55,831 nt of DNA. Source: Promethearchaeota archaeon. GTDB taxonomy: Archaea; Asgardarchaeota; Lokiarchaeia; Sigyniarchaeales; SOKP01. The stretch's first letter is position 1. Each line of letters starts with the position of its first letter. Position numbers and translations under genes: made by a program. The stretch covers positions 1-55,831 of the forward strand of contig SDNL01000001.1 of the NCBI GenBank assembly GCA_004524365.1, given 5' to 3'. Shown one piece after another: positions 54,018 through 55,831 of the stretch. A model generated the notes under the pieces. That model was not told the origin of the DNA, made no database searches, and saw only the letters and a program-made list of their open reading frames with translations.

Positions 54018-54416
54018 TATACCCCAAAAGTTATTTTTTTACTTTTTGTACAAAAAAGCATAAGATTTATATTTTAGGTCTTATGTTTTACACAAAAATC
54101 CAACCGTATGTAATAAATAATATAATGACACAATCATATTTAAATGTTTCGTTGTTTGTTATAAAAAATGGAAGCTCCATATAGAAAGTTATAAAAACCA
54201 TTTTAGATGAGATCTTAATTTAGTTGATCTTTTATTTATTATGATAACAAAAGAGGTATTAATTCTTTTAAAAATTTCTGATTTGTATTAATATTCAATA
54301 ATCGTTATAAAAAAATATGATAAAAAAGTTTTTTAATAGAATCTTTTTTTTTAAATTATAAAAAAATAATTCTCATTATAACCTTAATACTTCTTCTAGC
54401 AATATTTATTATAAAA

Positions 54417-55831
54417 ATGATTATGGAAGCATTAAAAGAATATTTTCTTCGAGGTGAAACAGCGATCTCGTTAAGTGGGAAGGTAACCCCATATGCGGTT
54501 AAAAAGGAAATACGCCATTTGCTTAAGGAATATGTGGAAGAACCGAGTACAAGTTCTCGGAAAAAGGAAGGGTATGAACTAATAGAGTATTTAGAGCTTG
54601 ATAAGGAGGTGCATAAATATAAGATTGAACAAGGAGATTTAGATAGTCTGGTAAGGTTTTTCTCGGATTATTATAAGCATGGTGAAATTACCGATAAAAT
54701 GCGACTCCCAAACTTTATATATTCGATGGTTTTTAAACGCTCTGTAGTAACCGGGGCGTACTACAAAAATCCATCGTATCAAGACATAAAATCCTTAGCC
54801 GAAGAGAAGTACGGATATACACTGGTCGGTAAGCTCGGCTTTTGGTTGGAGCAAGTATTTACCAGCAAGAGTACAGAAATAAGCGATCTTCAGTTTATTG
54901 TATCAAAAGGCCTAGACTTAATTTCGAAATCCATTAGAGAGCTGCATATTGAGTATGTAGCGGAGCAACAAAGGTTATACAACGAGATCAGAGAAATGAG
55001 AAGAGAAGGAAGCCATGAATCTCAAGAATTTCAAGAGTTAATGGACGAAATACAAGCCCGTTTCGACAGTTTTGCTGAACGGCGGACGGGGGCGATGATG
55101 GCGGAACTTACCGGTATCCCCCTTTCCCATGTGGTTACAAAACACGATGAATTCCAAACACGAGTCCCCGTCACGAGCGTGTTTCAAACAGAGCTAAAGA
55201 GAAGATACGACATGCTCCTCAAGCTCAAGCTCGGAAACCTGATGAAAAATCTTAATGATATCGGGATCCTCCGAGAGAAAATTTGGCGAGACCTTAACAA
55301 CCCCGCATCCGCGACGCAAAAGAATCTGGGGCTCGAGACGGAGAGCGACCACGACCAGCATTGGCGCTCCGGCAAGGAATTCTTAACATGTAAATATCTC
55401 TTATTCGAGATCCCCGAGGCGGATATAGAGGATTACAGCGATATAGAGAGTATCGACGCCGCCATCAACCGCTACGGCAAGGAGCACAAGCTAAAACACG
55501 AGCTTCTCGACCCCGAGACGGAGTTCTGGGGGCATTGCTCCAACCTACAGGCGTGGACAGAAAACAGCTACGATACACGCCTCCTCGACAAACGGCTAGC
55601 ATTCCCGCTCTTATGGGCGCTCGCAGACGAGGGCGACCCGCAGGCAAAAAAAGCATTCAAGGAGGAGATCGCCCGCCGCCTCGAAAACGGCACCCCCACC
55701 GTCAGAACCTACTTGCTGAGGGAAGGGTACTTGGAATATTTAACGGAAGAGGAGCTGGATACCATTACAACTGCGTGGGTCAAATATAAGGGCGAGCGGA
55801 TACCGGTGATTAAAAATTCGCTATTCTTAAA
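54417..55831 (+). CDS. Partial CDS (3' end truncated by the window edge), unknown function, compositionally foreign
   Basis: My own translation from the ATG at 54417 stays open for 471 codons to the end of the window. It is not in the ORF track because it has no stop codon. GC and codon usage (CTC, GAC, GGC, CGC) differ strongly from the rest of the window. The terminal segment PLLWALADEGDPQAKKAFKEEIARRLENGTPTVRTYLLREGYLEYLTEEEL resembles a module I recall preceding LRR regions in some archaeal proteins, but I could not verify this. Confidence 0.6.
   Translation, partial: MIMEALKEYFLRGETAISLSGKVTPYAVKKEIRHLLKEYVEEPSTSSRKKEGYELIEYLELDKEVHKYKIEQGDLDSLVRFFSDYYKHGEITDKMRLPNFIYSMVFKRSVVTGAYYKNPSYQDIKSLAEEKYGYTLVGKLGFWLEQVFTSKSTEISDLQFIVSKGLDLISKSIRELHIEYVAEQQRLYNEIREMRREGSHESQEFQELMDEIQARFDSFAERRTGAMMAELTGIPLSHVVTKHDEFQTRVPVTSVFQTELKRRYDMLLKLKLGNLMKNLNDIGILREKIWRDLNNPASATQKNLGLETESDHDQHWRSGKEFLTCKYLLFEIPEADIEDYSDIESIDAAINRYGKEHKLKHELLDPETEFWGHCSNLQAWTENSYDTRLLDKRLAFPLLWALADEGDPQAKKAFKEEIARRLENGTPTVRTYLLREGYLEYLTEEELDTITTAWVKYKGERIPVIKNSLFL

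Noticed and set aside
55184-55789. ORFs 55184..55375(-), 55465..55656(-) and 55535..55789(+)
   Set aside because: Their Arg/Pro/Gly-rich translations are typical of off-frame GC-rich DNA. A single 471-codon frame from 54417 explains the region better.
1-55831. Search by eye for tRNA, rRNA, C/D-box sRNA and CRISPR arrays in intergenic regions (for example 10333..10653, 15067..15647, 17304..17737, 49845..50170, 54018..54416)
   Set aside because: I found no cloverleaf-compatible GC-rich segments. I found no paired C (RUGAUGA) / D (CUGA) boxes at sRNA spacing, and no repeat-spacer structure. The extreme AT-richness also makes TATA/BRE promoter calls unreliable, so I report none.

Overview
The window is AT-rich (by eye about 30% GC) and archaeal, and it is densely coding. 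All calls come from reading motifs in the supplied translations; I ran no database or structure searches.

**Housekeeping genes (about 1-23.4 kb and 51-54 kb).** These identify the archaeal background:
- hypB-like GTPase, archaeal-type SAM synthetase, RNase HII
- the nop5-fibrillarin pair, pyrD-pyrK, an Elp3 homologue, gatE-gatD
- ribosomal protein uL2, an anSME-like radical SAM/SPASM enzyme, and TFB

**Main finding (about 23.6-50.8 kb).** Almost all genes here are on the plus strand, and they form a chemosensory cluster:
- A PAS histidine kinase, cheB, a cheR-cheD fusion, an MCP, cheW, cheY, cheA and a cheW-cheC-cheC fusion.
- Interleaved with these are genes typical of Asgard (Lokiarchaeia-like) 'eukaryotic signature' repertoires: a Rag/Gtr-like GTPase with an HKxD G4 motif, a Roadblock-Ras-like GTPase fusion, several Roadblock/longin-like proteins and a gelsolin-domain protein.
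- The cluster also holds a hybrid kinase with an extra C-terminal domain and a 1040-aa coiled-coil/beta-sandwich protein.

I interpret this as a candidate chemosensory-to-small-GTPase/cytoskeleton signalling supercluster.

**Other notable items:**
- Two adjacent AN1-zinc-finger/intramembrane-protease fusions, one of which looks like a rhomboid pseudoprotease.
- Triplicated TM-plus-beta-helix modules.
- A decayed TnpB remnant.
- A convergent pair of paralogues of unknown function.
- A uL2 gene outside the usual ribosomal cluster.
- A sharp rise in GC content within a truncated ORF at the 3' end.

I found no rRNA, tRNA or CRISPR array.
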